Shown: in pieces, positions 1 through 11,985 of the stretch
How the letters are laid out: each line of letters starts with the position of its first letter
How positions within the stretch are numbered: position 1 is the first letter of the stretch
Source: Balamuthia mandrillaris
Taxonomy: Eukaryota
Direction: 5' to 3'
Length of the DNA: 42,335 bases
NCBI GenBank assembly: GCA_031835245.2
Contig: JAVKOQ020000004.1
Span: forward strand, 496,001-538,335
The notes under the pieces: model-generated
The model's database searches: none
Told to the model about the DNA's origin: nothing
Seen by the model: the letters and a program-made list of their open reading frames with translations, nothing else
Program-made: the position numbers and the translations under genes

Positions 1-855
1 ACGGCTATCCAGACAACGGCAGGACCGGTGCACCCTGTTGGAACATTCCGCCTTAAGATTGTGGAGCTACTGCGTTCCATCATCCAGGCAAACTTTATTA
101 TGTTCGACTTAAAACTTCGTGATTCTGGAAGTATTTCTGCTGCCTTGGTTTGTTCTGCTTCTGTACTCTGTTCTCTGTTCTCTGCTCTCTGCTCTCTCTG
201 CTCTCTCTACTCTCTCTTTTATCCTATGCTCTCCACTGATTTTGTCTGAACCCGTTTGTGTTGTCTTAAAGGATTTGTTTATCGACTACAAGTGGAACAA
301 CTTCCTGCATCACCAAGTGCGACGGTTCATAGCGGCCGCTCTTCATGCCAACAGAGAGCTCCTCACAAGAGAAGTCATTTCGGGATGTAATCTGTTGATG
401 GGCATTGCCTCCAAGTGCTCTGACGAATGGTTCGTTCATATATTCATTTATTTTTTTCGAAAATGGGTTTTACACAGTGCTTTTCGATTTACTCATTCAA
501 AAACATAAAGCGAAAAAGAACAAGGACAAAGGAACGGATACACGGGAGACCTTATTGAACTGGCAAAAGAAGTTATCAAGGCTGCTTCCGACAATGAGTT
601 GCTTCGCAGTTTGACCACTGGTATGCTCTTTCTCTCATTTTTTTTTCTATTTCTCCTCTTGTTCTCTTGTATCGTTTTAGCTAACACAACCAACTTAAAA
701 CAGAGAATGAAGTTTGGAAGGCGTTCACAGAGAACCAGCTGGCACAATGGCAAGAAACACAAGAATGGCCGTTCCCAAGACCCGTTTGGAGGCCTCCCAC
801 CGAGGAGGAGATCCAACGCTTCAAAGAAAGAGAAAACGCAAAGATGAACTCTTGA
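1..855 (+). CDS. SIT4/PP6 phosphatase-associated (SAPS-domain) protein, 3' part; gene begins upstream of the window
   Basis: Spliced peptides PVGTFRLKIVELL / DLFIDYKWNNFLHHQV / GYTGDLIELAKEVI / ENEVWKAFTENQL...KMNS* match the SAPS-family pattern (G..RLKIVEL, F.Y.WNNFLH, GY.G.L). Three GT-AG introns; stop TGA 853-855. Confidence 0.8.
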
Positions 856-967
856 ATATAAAAGAAAGAAAGAAAGAAAGAAGAAAGTATACAACAAAAA
901 CTGGTGTAGAAAATGTGGTAATGTTTGATACAAAAGATTTTAGCCAACCGTTTTCTCCTCTCTTTGT

Positions 968-1800
968 TTACAGGTACATGGAAGAAACGTATGTAGAATT
1001 GCTGTCTTGTTCGTTCCGCCGATCGTGGTAATGCTCTTCTTCATAGTCTTCAACTGTTGGGGATTGTTGTCCTCGTTCTTGTGCCTTTCGTTGTATTCTC
1101 TTCCTCGCTTCGTAGTCTTCATCCAAGGTTGGTAATTCGTATCGACATGTTGGGCATGTGTTCCTCTGTTGTTTTCGTTGGGTTGGATGAACGAAGAAGC
1201 AAGATGCGAAGAAGTAAGAAAGCTGGAGAAGAAAAAGAAAAAGAAAAAGAAAGCAGAAGCAGCAGCAGCAGCACCAGCACCGGCAGCAGCACCAGCAGAA
1301 GAAGAGCAACAGTAACAATAACAAGAGGGAAGGAAGAAAGAAGGAAGTGGCAGAAGGAAGAAGCAAGCAGCAAAGGAAAGAATGGTTACCCGAGAGAGCC
1401 ATGGCAAGAGGCACATATCGTGAAAAATGTGTTTACATGGCATTTGTTTGGCGTCTTCTTTTTGCTTGAACGCTGCATCAAAAGAGTGTATCCAGTTAGA
1501 GGAGCTTGTAGAGAAATGATGGCGGGTAAACCTACGGTTGCCACAAACAGTGCAGTCTAAGCCGCGATGGACGTGCTTGTCCTCTATGACCACGTCCGGC
1601 AACTCGCTGATGGACAGCTGTGAAGCAGGTGGGTTGCCGCCGTCGCTGCGTTTTTTAGAGGATGGGAACGCGTCAAAAGGAGGATGAGAGGGAGCTGAAT
1701 GGGAAAGAGAGACAGAAAAAAAAAAGCAGACGAACCCGCTGAGGTTGAAGCCCATTGCGCCGGATCGCAGCAGTTCAAGCATGTGTTGTACGTCCTCCAT
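968..1800 (-). CDS. RING-H2 E3 ubiquitin ligase (RNF181/RNF126-like), spliced
   Basis: MEDVQHML...GNPPASQLSISELPDVVI...DCTVC / FKQKEDAKQMPCKHIFHDMCLLPWLSR / NTCPTCRYELPTLDEDYE...SSMYL*. C3H2C3 RING preceded by the PPAS motif. Start codon is inferred. Confidence 0.85.
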
Positions 1801-2183
1801 CGCGCTGGCAAACGTTTCCCGCCCGTATAGTCCGTACTTGTTTCCTTTGCGCCTCGTAGCCCAACGAGAGAGAAGAAAAAGTCGGCGGTGTCTTCTCTCT
1901 TTTCTCTTTCTTTTTTTCTTTGCCAACCAATCATTTGGTGTCGACGAAAAAGAAGTTGGCATATTCCCCCAAAAAGTTCCATCCCGTTGGGTTACGATGC
2001 CATAATATATCACCCGCCTTAATTGTCGACAAATCGCTGAAAATAAATGAATGAACGGATTTAAGGTCTCCTAATCTCACGTTACACCAAAACCTATAAT
2101 TATGTAATGAATTACGGACGTTTAAAACACACAGAAGAAAAAAAGCGGCACACCCAAGGGCTTGTTGTTAAAACAAAAAAGAA

Positions 2184-5094
2184 ATGGCAACTGCTGGTGC
2201 GCAGCGGAAAGCCTGGGCCACTACGCAGCAGGCCAAACAAAGGGAATACGAGGAGCTGACGCGACAAAAGGCGGAATACGAGCAGAGGGCCAAGGCGGTA
2301 CGGCTTCGGCTGGTCGGGTCTGGCGCCGGCAAAGAGCCGCTGGAAAAAGAGATGCGGCGGCTGGTGGAGGAAGGGAAGACGCTCGTCCGCAAGTTGGACC
2401 GGTGCAAGAAGGAGATGCGCCAACATGCACGGCCGAACGATGCGGCTGCAGCAAAAGAGGAAGAGGGAGAAGAAGAAGGAACAAACAAGAGGCGAGCCCA
2501 AGAGGAGGCAACAAGAAAAGCAGGCGAAGCAAACAAAGAAGGAAAGGAAGCAGAAGAATGCACAGAGGATGCAGAAGAAGAGCACGACGACGACGACGAC
2601 GATGATGAAGACACCGAAGCATCCGAGGCGAGCGAAGATTCGAGTGAAGAGGAGGAGGAGGAGGAGGAGGAGGGAGCCAGTTTAGCAGAGCAGTTAAAAC
2701 AGGAGGAAGTGAAATTGAGCAGCATCACTTTTGCCAAACTCGCGAAAGAGGGTGAGGAGAGCCAGCAACGGGGAGATCTTACTGAGGAGAGCCTCTCCGC
2801 ACGGCAAAGAAGACTGGAAGAGAAGGAGAAAGAGCTGCAACGCAGCCACAAAGAACTGGTTGCCAAGATGAGAGACGTGGCCAAAGGTTTGCTGCAGAGG
2901 GAGCGAAAGTTGGAGAAGCAAAAACACCAACTGTTAGTGGAGAATAGAGAGCTGCTGAAGGAGAGACATCGCCTTGAGGACTGGAGCAAGAGTTTGAGGC
3001 GGTGGCAGGAAATGAAGGAGGAGTGGGAGAGCGAACGACAGTTGGAAGAGCTGAAGAAGGAAAGAGAGCTAGCCAAACAAGGCAAGACGGAGCGGTTACT
3101 CAAGTTCCAGTCTTTCTCCAGGCTGAGCGCTTCTGCTCGCATGGAGATCATGCAGGAAACCAGAGAGCAGTTGACTGGCTCTTCATTACGCCTGCGAACT
3201 CGTGCCAAGTCGTTAGGCGAAACGGATGGAGGCAACGACACTATCACCAACAATAATAATGCAGTGACGAAGAAGAGCACTGATAAAGGAGCAGGCGGAG
3301 GATGTGAGAGCAGCTTGGCTGGTCTGCATTTGGCTGTATCGCCGCGACATTCCGTGCATGAACTGATGGAGGAAGAACAAGGAAGCAGCAGCAAGAAGAG
3401 GAAAAGCGGTTCCAATTTGTATTCTCTGATCCGCAACAAAGATAAGAACAGCAGCCACGATTGCATCCGACAAGACTATGCAGAGGCCGCTCAAAACCAT
3501 TCAAAGAGCACAAAGAAGGACATCACTGAACTCTCCAAAGCTGAGCTATATTTCACCCGCTCGAAAATTTTGTCCGAGATAAAAACCTTTGAGAAGGGCA
3601 GTCAACTCAACTCTTCATCGACTTCGCTGGATATTCCTCGCAGGTCGCGCACTCTCTCATCTGACGAAGCAGCCAAGATCTTGCAGAGGCGGTGGAGACA
3701 ACGGAGAAAACCTTGCCTTCTTTATGCACTGGGTAATATAGGGAGCGATTCTTCTTTACCACCAGCCCTTTCCATTAACTGACCTGATTGTTTCTTATGT
3801 TAGTCCAACAGTACATTGCCTCAGAAGAGAGTGTGCCAGGAAAACAACGTAACATGGTGTACTTTGAGATTCTTCATAAAGAACGCGGTACGAGTTTTTT
3901 TTTTTTGCTGCTTTTCTTTGTATCCTTTCTCACTTAAATCCTCTTCACAAGACTATGTTGAAATGATGGAAATGGTGTTGAAGGTAAGTTCTATTCGTTG
4001 CTCACCTCCCTCCTTCTCCGTTTGCTTCAAATGGAAAAAAAAAGAAGAAAAATCTAAAGAACAGTGCGTAACGAATTGTTTTCTCTTACAGTGTTACATG
4101 GAGCCAATGCGAGCGTTGTCGCTGAGCGAAGGTGCATGCGTGACGCTGTACGATGTGGCAGCCATCTTTGGAAACTGGGAAAGTTTAGCTCACATAAACA
4201 AGGAGCTTTTGGCACAATTAGAAGAGCGAATGAGCGGGTGGCCTGCCATCACCACGGTTGGTGATGTGTTTGTCACGATGGTACGTTTTCATTGGCTCCA
4301 CACACCCCAATGTGATAGCATTCTAATAGTCACAAACTGCCTACCGCATCCAATCCTATGCCCTGCAATAGTTACCTTTGATGAGAATGTATGTCAAGTA
4401 TTATCTGAACTTTGACACCTCCAGCCAAACATTCGATCGGTGCAAGAAGAGCAAACCGTTTGCAGCTTTCCTCCAGCGTTGCCAAGCAGCGAGCAAACGA
4501 ATGGATGATTTGCCCCAGTTTCTTATAGCACCAGGTGTGTGCAAGCCTTTTCTTCATTTTGTTATGTTCTGTGCTTCGGCTTAACTGGACACATTTCCTT
4601 TCAAACAGTTCAACGGCTGCCGAGATATCAGCTTTTGCTTGAAAATCTATTCAAGTTGACTCCAGAACAACATGTACGTAGTTCATTTATTTTTCAAACA
4701 CGGCCACACAAACAACGTGCTTTCTTCTGCGAATAAGAAAGCATGGACGCTGTGTTGGCGGAGTAACGAGGACTAGAATTGTTGCAGTTTTTTTTAAAAA
4801 AATTCTTTGCTTGCTCTCCTGAGTTAGTGCATTGTTGCTTTCATGCTTGTACAGCAACAATGTGTTGCTGTAGAGCTACATGCACAGAGAAGGAAGAAAG
4901 GAAGATGAATGGATGGACAGAGAATAACTCCAATCTCCATTTTCTCTACAGGTCGATTACAGCAACCTTCAAAAAGCAATCAAGCAAATGAAGGCCCTAA
5001 TTGAATGGATAAACGAACAGACTGTTTTGGCTGATAAGCGCAAGCGCTTTTTAGAGGTGATGGACCAGATATCTGGCGATTCGTTCACTCTTAT

Positions 5095-5130
<36 letters not shown>

Positions 5131-6213
5131 CTTCCCCTATCCTTCCTTCTGCTCCTCTTGTCAAAGCGCTCACCCCATTCCTGCATGTCAAACAGAAACT
5201 GCGCACACCCGGCCATTACCAGTTCATCTTCAAGTCGGACATTACAGAAATCAAAGAGACCAAGAAGAGCTATGTGGGCGTCCTTTTGTCTCATCACCTC
5301 CTCCTCACCTCTCGCAAGTTGAAGCTGAAGAAGGTGTTTGCATTACAAGAAGATTCCAAGTGTCAACCGCTCTCTGACAACGAAGGTACCAGGTGTTACA
5401 AATAGATCTATTTGAACTTGACTAACGCTCATTGGGCAACCCAGAAAGAAAACACGCGTTCACGCTGGAGACCCAAGAACAAACGTTAACGTTGAGCGCC
5501 TCCTCTTCAGAAGAACGACGCACTTGGGTGCATCACCTCAGAAAAGCCATCAAAAACTTGGAACAACCCAACAAATCCCTCTCTCTCGCTGCGCCTGGAT
5601 CCCTTTCCAATCTTTACCAGCCCTCTTCCTTGCTCACTCTTTCTCCTCCTCTATCGCCTCTGCCGCCTGCTTCTGCTTCGCTGCCAATCATCGAAGATAT
5701 CAAAGAGCCCAAAAGTACGCCTTACTTCTTGATTCATCTCCTTTCTTCCTTCCTTCAAGCTCCTTCTTGCTTCAATCGTTCTCACCGTAATACATTTTTG
5801 TGTGTGAAGAAAAAACACGAAGCCCAGCCGCTCACAGAAGATCGCTTTCTCACAGTACGGTCCTCAAACTACGAAAGTTTTCTTTGGATCCATCCCTAAG
5901 TCCTCGCAAAGACGCCACCACTCCCCCTCACTCACCGACCAGAAAGGAAGACAAAGCCGCCCACAAGCACACCAGCCGCGCCAAAGATGAACAGAAACTA
6001 CGGAGCAGCATCTCAAAGACCCTTTTCTCCGGCACCAGCAGCACCGCCAACCTGGCGCACAATAACAAAGACGAAGAGAAGGAGATAACCATAGCTTCCG
6101 CTGCTGCTGGGCACATGCGAAAAAGCCTGAACAAGTTATCTGGCGCCAAGCTCACCGCCAGCAGGAAACGGAAAGGCAGCAAAGACAAAGATAAAGAATC
6201 AGCATTGCTTTGA
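2184..6213 (+). CDS. RhoGEF (DH-PH) with N-terminal coiled coil, acidic tract and IQ-like motif; multi-exon
   Basis: DH motifs EILHKERDYV..., IFGNWESLAHINKELLAQLEER, YVKYYLNFD, FLIAPVQRLPRYQLLLENLFKLTPEQHVDY. PH C-terminus HAFTLETQEQTLTLSASSSEERRTWVHHLRKAI. IQ-like AAKILQRRWR. Confidence 0.88.
4703..4883 (+). ncRNA. Candidate intronic box H/ACA snoRNA
   Basis: Lies in the unusually long RhoGEF intron 4674-4951. Two hairpins, each with an internal pocket (4703-4759, 4813-4876). ACA at 4878-4880 lies 14 nt after the upper stem of hairpin 2. The H box is non-canonical (GGAGTA after hairpin 1). Confidence 0.4.
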
Positions 6214-6220
6214 ATGAACC

Positions 6221-6313
6221 GCTCTGTCTCTGTCTCTCTCTGTCTCTGTCTCTCTGTCTCTCTGTCTCTCTGTCTCTCTGTCTCTCTGTCTCTCTCTCTC
6301 TCTCTGTCTCTCT

Positions 6314-6361
<48 letters not shown>

Positions 6362-6380
6362 CTCTCCCTCTCTCCTCTTT
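6221..6380 (+). repeat. (CT)n/(CTGT) compound microsatellite downstream of the RhoGEF stop
   Basis: Directly visible low-complexity tract. Confidence 0.9.
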
Positions 6381-6572
6381 CTGTCTTGGTTTTTTTTGTC
6401 ACATTCCTGACATTCCTCTGGAAGTAGAAATTTCTAGCGAAAGGTCACCACCATCCACCCACCGAATCAGCATCAAGCAAGGAAAAACCAAAAAAAGAAA
6501 AAAAATAAGACCTGCTACCAAAAAGCAAACAGGCGGCGTAGCAAAGGTTTTGCGGTAGCGACGCAGCAAAGG

Positions 6573-8126
6573 ATGGCGACCAACGCAGCAGCCAAGTTCG
6601 ATTTGATTGTGTGGGGCGCTACTGGTTTCACCGGTATCTTGTGTTTTTTTTTTTCAAACCAAGACTTTGATTATTTTCTTTTTTTTTTCTGATTAATAGC
6701 GCAAACCAACTACTTTTTTAAAACTTGGGGAATAGGCGCTTTGGTGGCTGAGTATTTGGCAGAGCACGCTCCTGCTGACCTCAGATGGGCTCTCGGCGGC
6801 CGCAATGAAGATAAATTGAAAGAGGTGAAGCGCAGAGCGGTCGCCTTGAACCAGAACCTCGAGAAGACCCTTGGGATAGTGCAAGGCGACGCCACCGACC
6901 AAGCCTCCATGGATCGAGTGGTCCAACAGACCAAGGTCATTCTCACTACAGCTGGACCCTTTGGTCGTTTTGGTACCACGCTGGTGGATGCCTGCGTAAG
7001 ACATGGGGTGCACTACTGTGATATCACCGGCGAGTCGCCCTGGATGAGGACCACCATCGATGACTACCATTCCCAAGCCAGACAGAAGGGTGTTCACATT
7101 GTGCACACTTGTGGCTTTGACTCCATTCCCAGGTTAGATTGTTTGCTTTCTTTGTGTTTGTTGTCTCGAAAACGTATGAGGAGGGCCTGATAACGACATT
7201 TTGGATAGTGATCTTGGGACATTCTTTCTTGTAGAACAAATGAGGAAGAAGTACCGCAAGGAGTGCAGCAACGTGACGAGTTATGTCAGACTGAAAGGAG
7301 GATTTAGCGGTGGAACGGCCGCTTCGCTGATTACTATCATCGAGGAAGGGAAGAGCATGAGGAAAAAGATCAAGAGCAAGGACCATACCAACATGAGGGA
7401 TCCTTTCTTCCTCAATCCCTCTGGAGAAGGTAAAGTAGTGACCAGTGTTGATAAGGATCAGGCGCTGCCAGCCTATAGCAAAGACATTGGGTATACTATT
7501 TCTTCTTGTCTATTATCAGCAAATGCCACAGAGAGGTAAATGATCATTGACCTCTTCTTCTTGTGATATACAGCAGGTGGACGATTCCTTTCGTAATGGC
7601 GGCTGTAAACACAAGAGTTGTGCGCCGTTCCAACGCGTTGATGAACGATGCCTACGGCCATGACTTCCACTATCGTGAAACTGCTGTTAGCAATTCCTTC
7701 CTTGCCGCCATCTTCACTTGGTTCATGATGGTGCTGGGCCTCATCGCCCTCCATGTGTCTTTTACTCGTGGCTTGTTGAAGAAGTTTGTACTCCCAGCAC
7801 CAGGTACTGGACCTTCGCGCGAACAGATGCGCAAGTCTTTCTTCCATTTCACGCTTGTTGGAAGAACCACGGATGGAGAGAAGTTAGTGGCAGTGGTTAA
7901 AGGTGGAGACCCTGGTTACCTTGAAACAGCCAAGATGCTCTCTGAGGCTGCCCTCTGCCTTGTTTATCAGCAGGATTCCCTTCCATCAAAGGGAGGCGTG
8001 TTGACTCCGGCTACTAGCATGGGCTCCCTCCTCGTAGAGCGTCTTCAACAGGCGGGCATTACCTTTGAAATTGTGGCGGATGCAAATGATGCCTCTTCCT
8101 CACAGAAAAATAAAAAAAACGCTTAA
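6573..8126 (+). CDS. SCCPDH: Saccharopine dehydrogenase-like oxidoreductase, spliced
   Basis: Rossmann motif FDLIVWGATGFTG; WALGGRNEDKL; TTAGPFGRFG; YCDITGE; CGFDSIPSDLG; FSGGT; FVMAAVNTRVVRRSN; GDPGYLETAKMLSEAALCL; GGVLTPA. Confidence 0.9.
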
Positions 8127-8351
8127 GCGCCTTGGAGAAGTGCAAAATGTGTTCGAAGCCTCTCCTTCATATGGTGTTTGTTTCTCTTTGTTGACCAATG
8201 CACAGGGCACCTGGAAGAGAGAACCTGTGAGACAATGTCCCAGCATTGATTGGTACTTTGCTACTCAATCCACTTATTACAATCGACAGCTCGCAATCAT
8301 ATTTAAGCCGCTAATAAGAAATGATAGAGTTTGAATATTTGTTAATCTAGC

Positions 8352-10466
8352 TTAATTGGCTTTCTTGGAGTACTTGGCTCGCTTGCTTTCATGAGGATGA
8401 AGCGGGATGATGTGTTTAGCGAGCTGTTCATCGTAGTTGCGGTAATCAATATCGTGTTTCCACCGCAACAACCGCACGTTGTTACCTGGTCGAGGTAATA
8501 CAATCGAGGTTGGCTGTTCTTCAATCTGTACAAAGCTGCAGGGCTCGCCTCCAGCTTTAAGTTTTGGGGGAAGGGCCTCTTCTCGGAACATGTCTGCTGC
8601 TTGGTGGTCGGGGAACTCAAACCACAACTCCATGATCACCAACTCGCTTCCTTGCCCACTTGGTCGGGATAGAATGATAAAGGCTTGGTTCACCATTTGG
8701 GAGGGTAGCGCAGAGACGCATGTTTCAACGTCCTCTTCTCCAACAAAGTCCATTCTCAACAGGTTATATTGACGATAGACCTGATGTTGACAATCGTAAC
8801 CATCCACCTTGGAACGAGATTCCTTTTGCATAACAAAACCTTGGTGTGAAGCTTTGTCTTGGCTTTCGTGGATTGCTACCCTCTCCATCCACTTTTGAAG
8901 CAACGGTCCTCCCCAGCGAGGTAAAGGCAATTCCTCCAACTGTGTAAAAGCCAAACGGACGAGGGTGGATTTACCTTCATGGGTGTCCTGCATAACTTGG
9001 GCATAAACCTGTCGCGGTCCCATCCACTCTGAGGAGAGGTTCTCTGGGTTGTTATGTTGTTGGTCCATAAGGTGGAAGCGATTGGCACCAATAATAAGGA
9101 ACATGCCGATGATTAGCTGCGTTTGCAAGTTCGGGTCGGGGTTCAAAGGGCTAGGAGTGTCCATTCCGAAAGAGGATCCTCTCATGCGAACTCCAGACAT
9201 ATACATCCAGAAAGTAAGACGGTCATCCTCAGTCAAATGCCCAAACTTGGACTCTGCATAACAGCTGCGCAGAGAATAGCCAAATGTTTGGAGAGGGTGA
9301 GAAAGGGGTCTAGGGCGAGAAATAGAAGTGAGTACGTGCTTATTGATGAAACCCATTTCAGCACTCCAAGCCCACGCCATCATAAACACATCTTCCTGTT
9401 GAAATAACTTTCCATCCGTCGGAAAAACGAATCGAATGATTGCCAGAGGTTCAACGAGAATGTGCCTATTCAGCTCTGCCAGCACAAACGCAGCATTTAG
9501 TGGGTTTTCTGTAGTATATGTGTCCAAAAGCTTGTACGGATGTTTAGCGATAGCCGTCTCGAATAGAGCACAATGAAACTCCACTCCCATTGCAGTTTGT
9601 AGCTGCGTCGGCGCATACTTCCTGGTTAGACTACCCAAGTTGGTGTTTTGCTGATAAGGGATGGTGACGATATCTCTTGGCAGGTGGATGTAGCGTGGCA
9701 CCATGCGAGGGTGAGCTGGAGTTTTAGTGGCTACCAGAAGCTCGTAGGTGTGATGCATACGGAGTTGCTCTACGTCATGGTGTACCTCCCAAATGAACGG
9801 ATTGATGGCTCCGGCATCAGGGCTCAGCAGGGCTCGCCGCAGAAGGTAATGGATGGCAAGATCTTCCAAAAAGTTATCGGTGTTCATGCAAATGACGTAA
9901 GGGGTGGTCACTTGTTCCAGAGCCAAGTTGATTGCCGCGAAGGGCGGAAGTAAACTCGTGTCTTCCACAACTGTTAGGACGTGTTTTCCAAGATTCCTCT
10001 CCTGCTCTCGCAGCCACGTCACCAAGTCAGGAGGTTCTAGGCCATTGAGGACGAACACGCTGCGTATGCCTGTCGAATCTTTGTTCCACCAGTCTTCGAA
10101 GACTTGCTTTGCGTGTGAGAACTTCTCCCGTGACGTCCAGACCAGTGTCACTAGTTGAGATACAACCGGATCGAGCAACTCTTTAACTAAAGTAGGTTCA
10201 TCTGTATCAAGGAGTGCAGTCAACAATTGTGGCGATAACAAAGGGGTACGGAGATGTGGTGCGTCGCCTGTGTGCCTTTCCTTTACTCCTTCACAAGAAC
10301 AGCAGGCAGATATCTCAGCACCGCCTGTTGCTGGAACTGACGGGGCAACTCTCTGGATTTGCAAGTTTGCCTGGTCATGGTGAAGGTAGATAAAAGTCGC
10401 CGGGCCTAACAGTGCGACTACTATCAGGAGCACTGCTGCCCTGCACACAAGTTTGTAGAACTTCAT
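8352..10466 (-). CDS. Type II membrane GT-A fold (GT2-like) glycosyltransferase, 704 aa, single long ORF
   Basis: N-terminal signal anchor (AAVLLIVVALLGPATFIYL). GT2-like core VFVLNG...AAINLALEQVTTPYVICMNTDNFL...AGAINP. The C-terminal half is not recognised. A short intron near 9290-9340 cannot be excluded. Confidence 0.6.
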   Translation of the reverse strand: MKFYKLVCRAAVLLIVVALLGPATFIYLHHDQANLQIQRVAPSVPATGGAEISACCSCEGVKERHTGDAPHLRTPLLSPQLLTALLDTDEPTLVKELLDPVVSQLVTLVWTSREKFSHAKQVFEDWWNKDSTGIRSVFVLNGLEPPDLVTWLREQERNLGKHVLTVVEDTSLLPPFAAINLALEQVTTPYVICMNTDNFLEDLAIHYLLRRALLSPDAGAINPFIWEVHHDVEQLRMHHTYELLVATKTPAHPRMVPRYIHLPRDIVTIPYQQNTNLGSLTRKYAPTQLQTAMGVEFHCALFETAIAKHPYKLLDTYTTENPLNAAFVLAELNRHILVEPLAIIRFVFPTDGKLFQQEDVFMMAWAWSAEMGFINKHVLTSISRPRPLSHPLQTFGYSLRSCYAESKFGHLTEDDRLTFWMYMSGVRMRGSSFGMDTPSPLNPDPNLQTQLIIGMFLIIGANRFHLMDQQHNNPENLSSEWMGPRQVYAQVMQDTHEGKSTLVRLAFTQLEELPLPRWGGPLLQKWMERVAIHESQDKASHQGFVMQKESRSKVDGYDCQHQVYRQYNLLRMDFVGEEDVETCVSALPSQMVNQAFIILSRPSGQGSELVIMELWFEFPDHQAADMFREEALPPKLKAGGEPCSFVQIEEQPTSIVLPRPGNNVRLLRWKHDIDYRNYDEQLAKHIIPLHPHESKRAKYSKKAN

Positions 10467-10819
10467 TCGAAGGGCGCCTGTCGTAAATATTTTTGTATTT
10501 TATCAATAATTATTTCCACTGATGCCACTCAGTTGCCCTCTCTCTCTCGCTCTCTCTCGTTTTGTTTACTCTCGATTTCTCTCTCACTGACTCTCTCTCT
10601 CTCTCTCTCTCTCTCCCTCGCTCAGTTTTGTACTCGTTGTTTTGCATGCTCTTCCGATATCACAGTCTCTTACGTCATGCCCTACTACGTTATGCCGATA
10701 CGTCATGGCCTCAGACTTCCGTTGTTGGAAAAACTGCCACAACTGCACTCTCTGTTCCTTATTTGACAAAAAGTTGTTCCAAAGAGATGAGGCATTGTTG
10801 GTATTCACGCTGAAAAGAG

Positions 10820-11985
10820 TTACTCCCTGAACGAGCCCAACACTCCGATTTGAGGGGGAGTGCTGGAAGCCCAAGAGCGGATGTCTTTGGAACGGCAAGC
10901 CTCTGTGAAGTAGTTGCCACATTCCTTGCACCAATCCCGAATGGAGTCGCCAACAATAGCGTTTGTTTTAACGGCTCTACAGAAACAGATACAGGAGCCA
11001 CTCATCAATGTAACATCATGACCAGACCAGTGAATATACTTCTTGGCATCGGCATCTCCAGATATTACCTTGTTCATATGATAAAGGGTTTCGTTGATAA
11101 GAGGACTTGCTCCCAAGTTACCCAACACATCCCATCGATGATTGATGGATTCCTGTATCTGCAATAAGAGGAGTGGGTGGAAAGAAATTTCAAAGACCCA
11201 CAGCTTGCAGCAAAGCAAAGAGCAACAACGTACCATAGAACTTCGGCAGGGAAACAGAAGCGCCTGGTGTGGTAAGTTGTGTTGACTTGAATCAGTCTCT
11301 AAGGGGCAAGCTGTTGAACATTTAAGTAGAGACGTACCAGTCACTTTGGCCAGATAGGCCAAGAACTCAGCATTATTTTTGAGCAATGTTTGCCATTCCT
11401 TTGTTTAATGCAGATTATATAGTCTCTGATTGTAACTGTAACAAGCAAAACAAAGGTTGTCAACGGAGAAAACACACAACAGAGCATAAAGGAGGAGAAT
11501 ACGAGGTGGAACATACGTTGGGCAGTAATTCTCACCCAAAAGATAGATCTCATCTGACCGTGGGATAGTATGAATGGGGACCAGTTGTATCCCGAATGGC
11601 AGAGCGGGTTGGTTGTTGACTATAGGACCAGTGCCTGGCGGGTAAACGCCTAACAAGATACACTCAACGCTCATCAGAGTGCGATCTATGTCGCTGGAGC
11701 GGAAGTAGGCCTCCTGTTTCCAGCCAACATCGTTGGTGACAAACAAAATCCTTTTAACAGTGAAACCAAGCAAGTAGTGAAGGAGAGTAGTACCTTGGCA
11801 ACATAAGACTGATTGAAAAGCTTGCTAGAGTATCAATTGTGCAAAAGTTGGCCCAGTTGATCAGTTTGCCTCATGTCTTCGCCCGTGAGTTGTCCTTCTC
11901 CCTCAGGTCATACCATGGGGTTGTTTGGAAGTTGTGTAAGTGATGTCCTGTCCCCATGATGACTGATAACTTGGACACCAACTTG
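10820..11985 (-). pseudogene. Histidine acid phosphatase (branch 2, lysosomal/prostatic type) pseudogene
   Basis: VQVISHHGDRT (catalytic RHGDR altered), GQLT, RSSDIDRTLMS, PIHTIP, WSGHDVTL, DWCKEC. In-frame stops at 11908-11910 (TGA), 11833-11835 (TGA) and 11405-11407 (TAA). No recognisable N-terminus. Confidence 0.85.

Noticed and set aside
2168..3466. Long antisense ORF (432 aa), and similar ones opposite the LRR-PP2C and pol genes
   Set aside because: Shadow frames of real coding regions with low-complexity composition.
8150..8160. B-box-like GTTCGAAGCC
   Set aside because: No cloverleaf or A box; not a tRNA.
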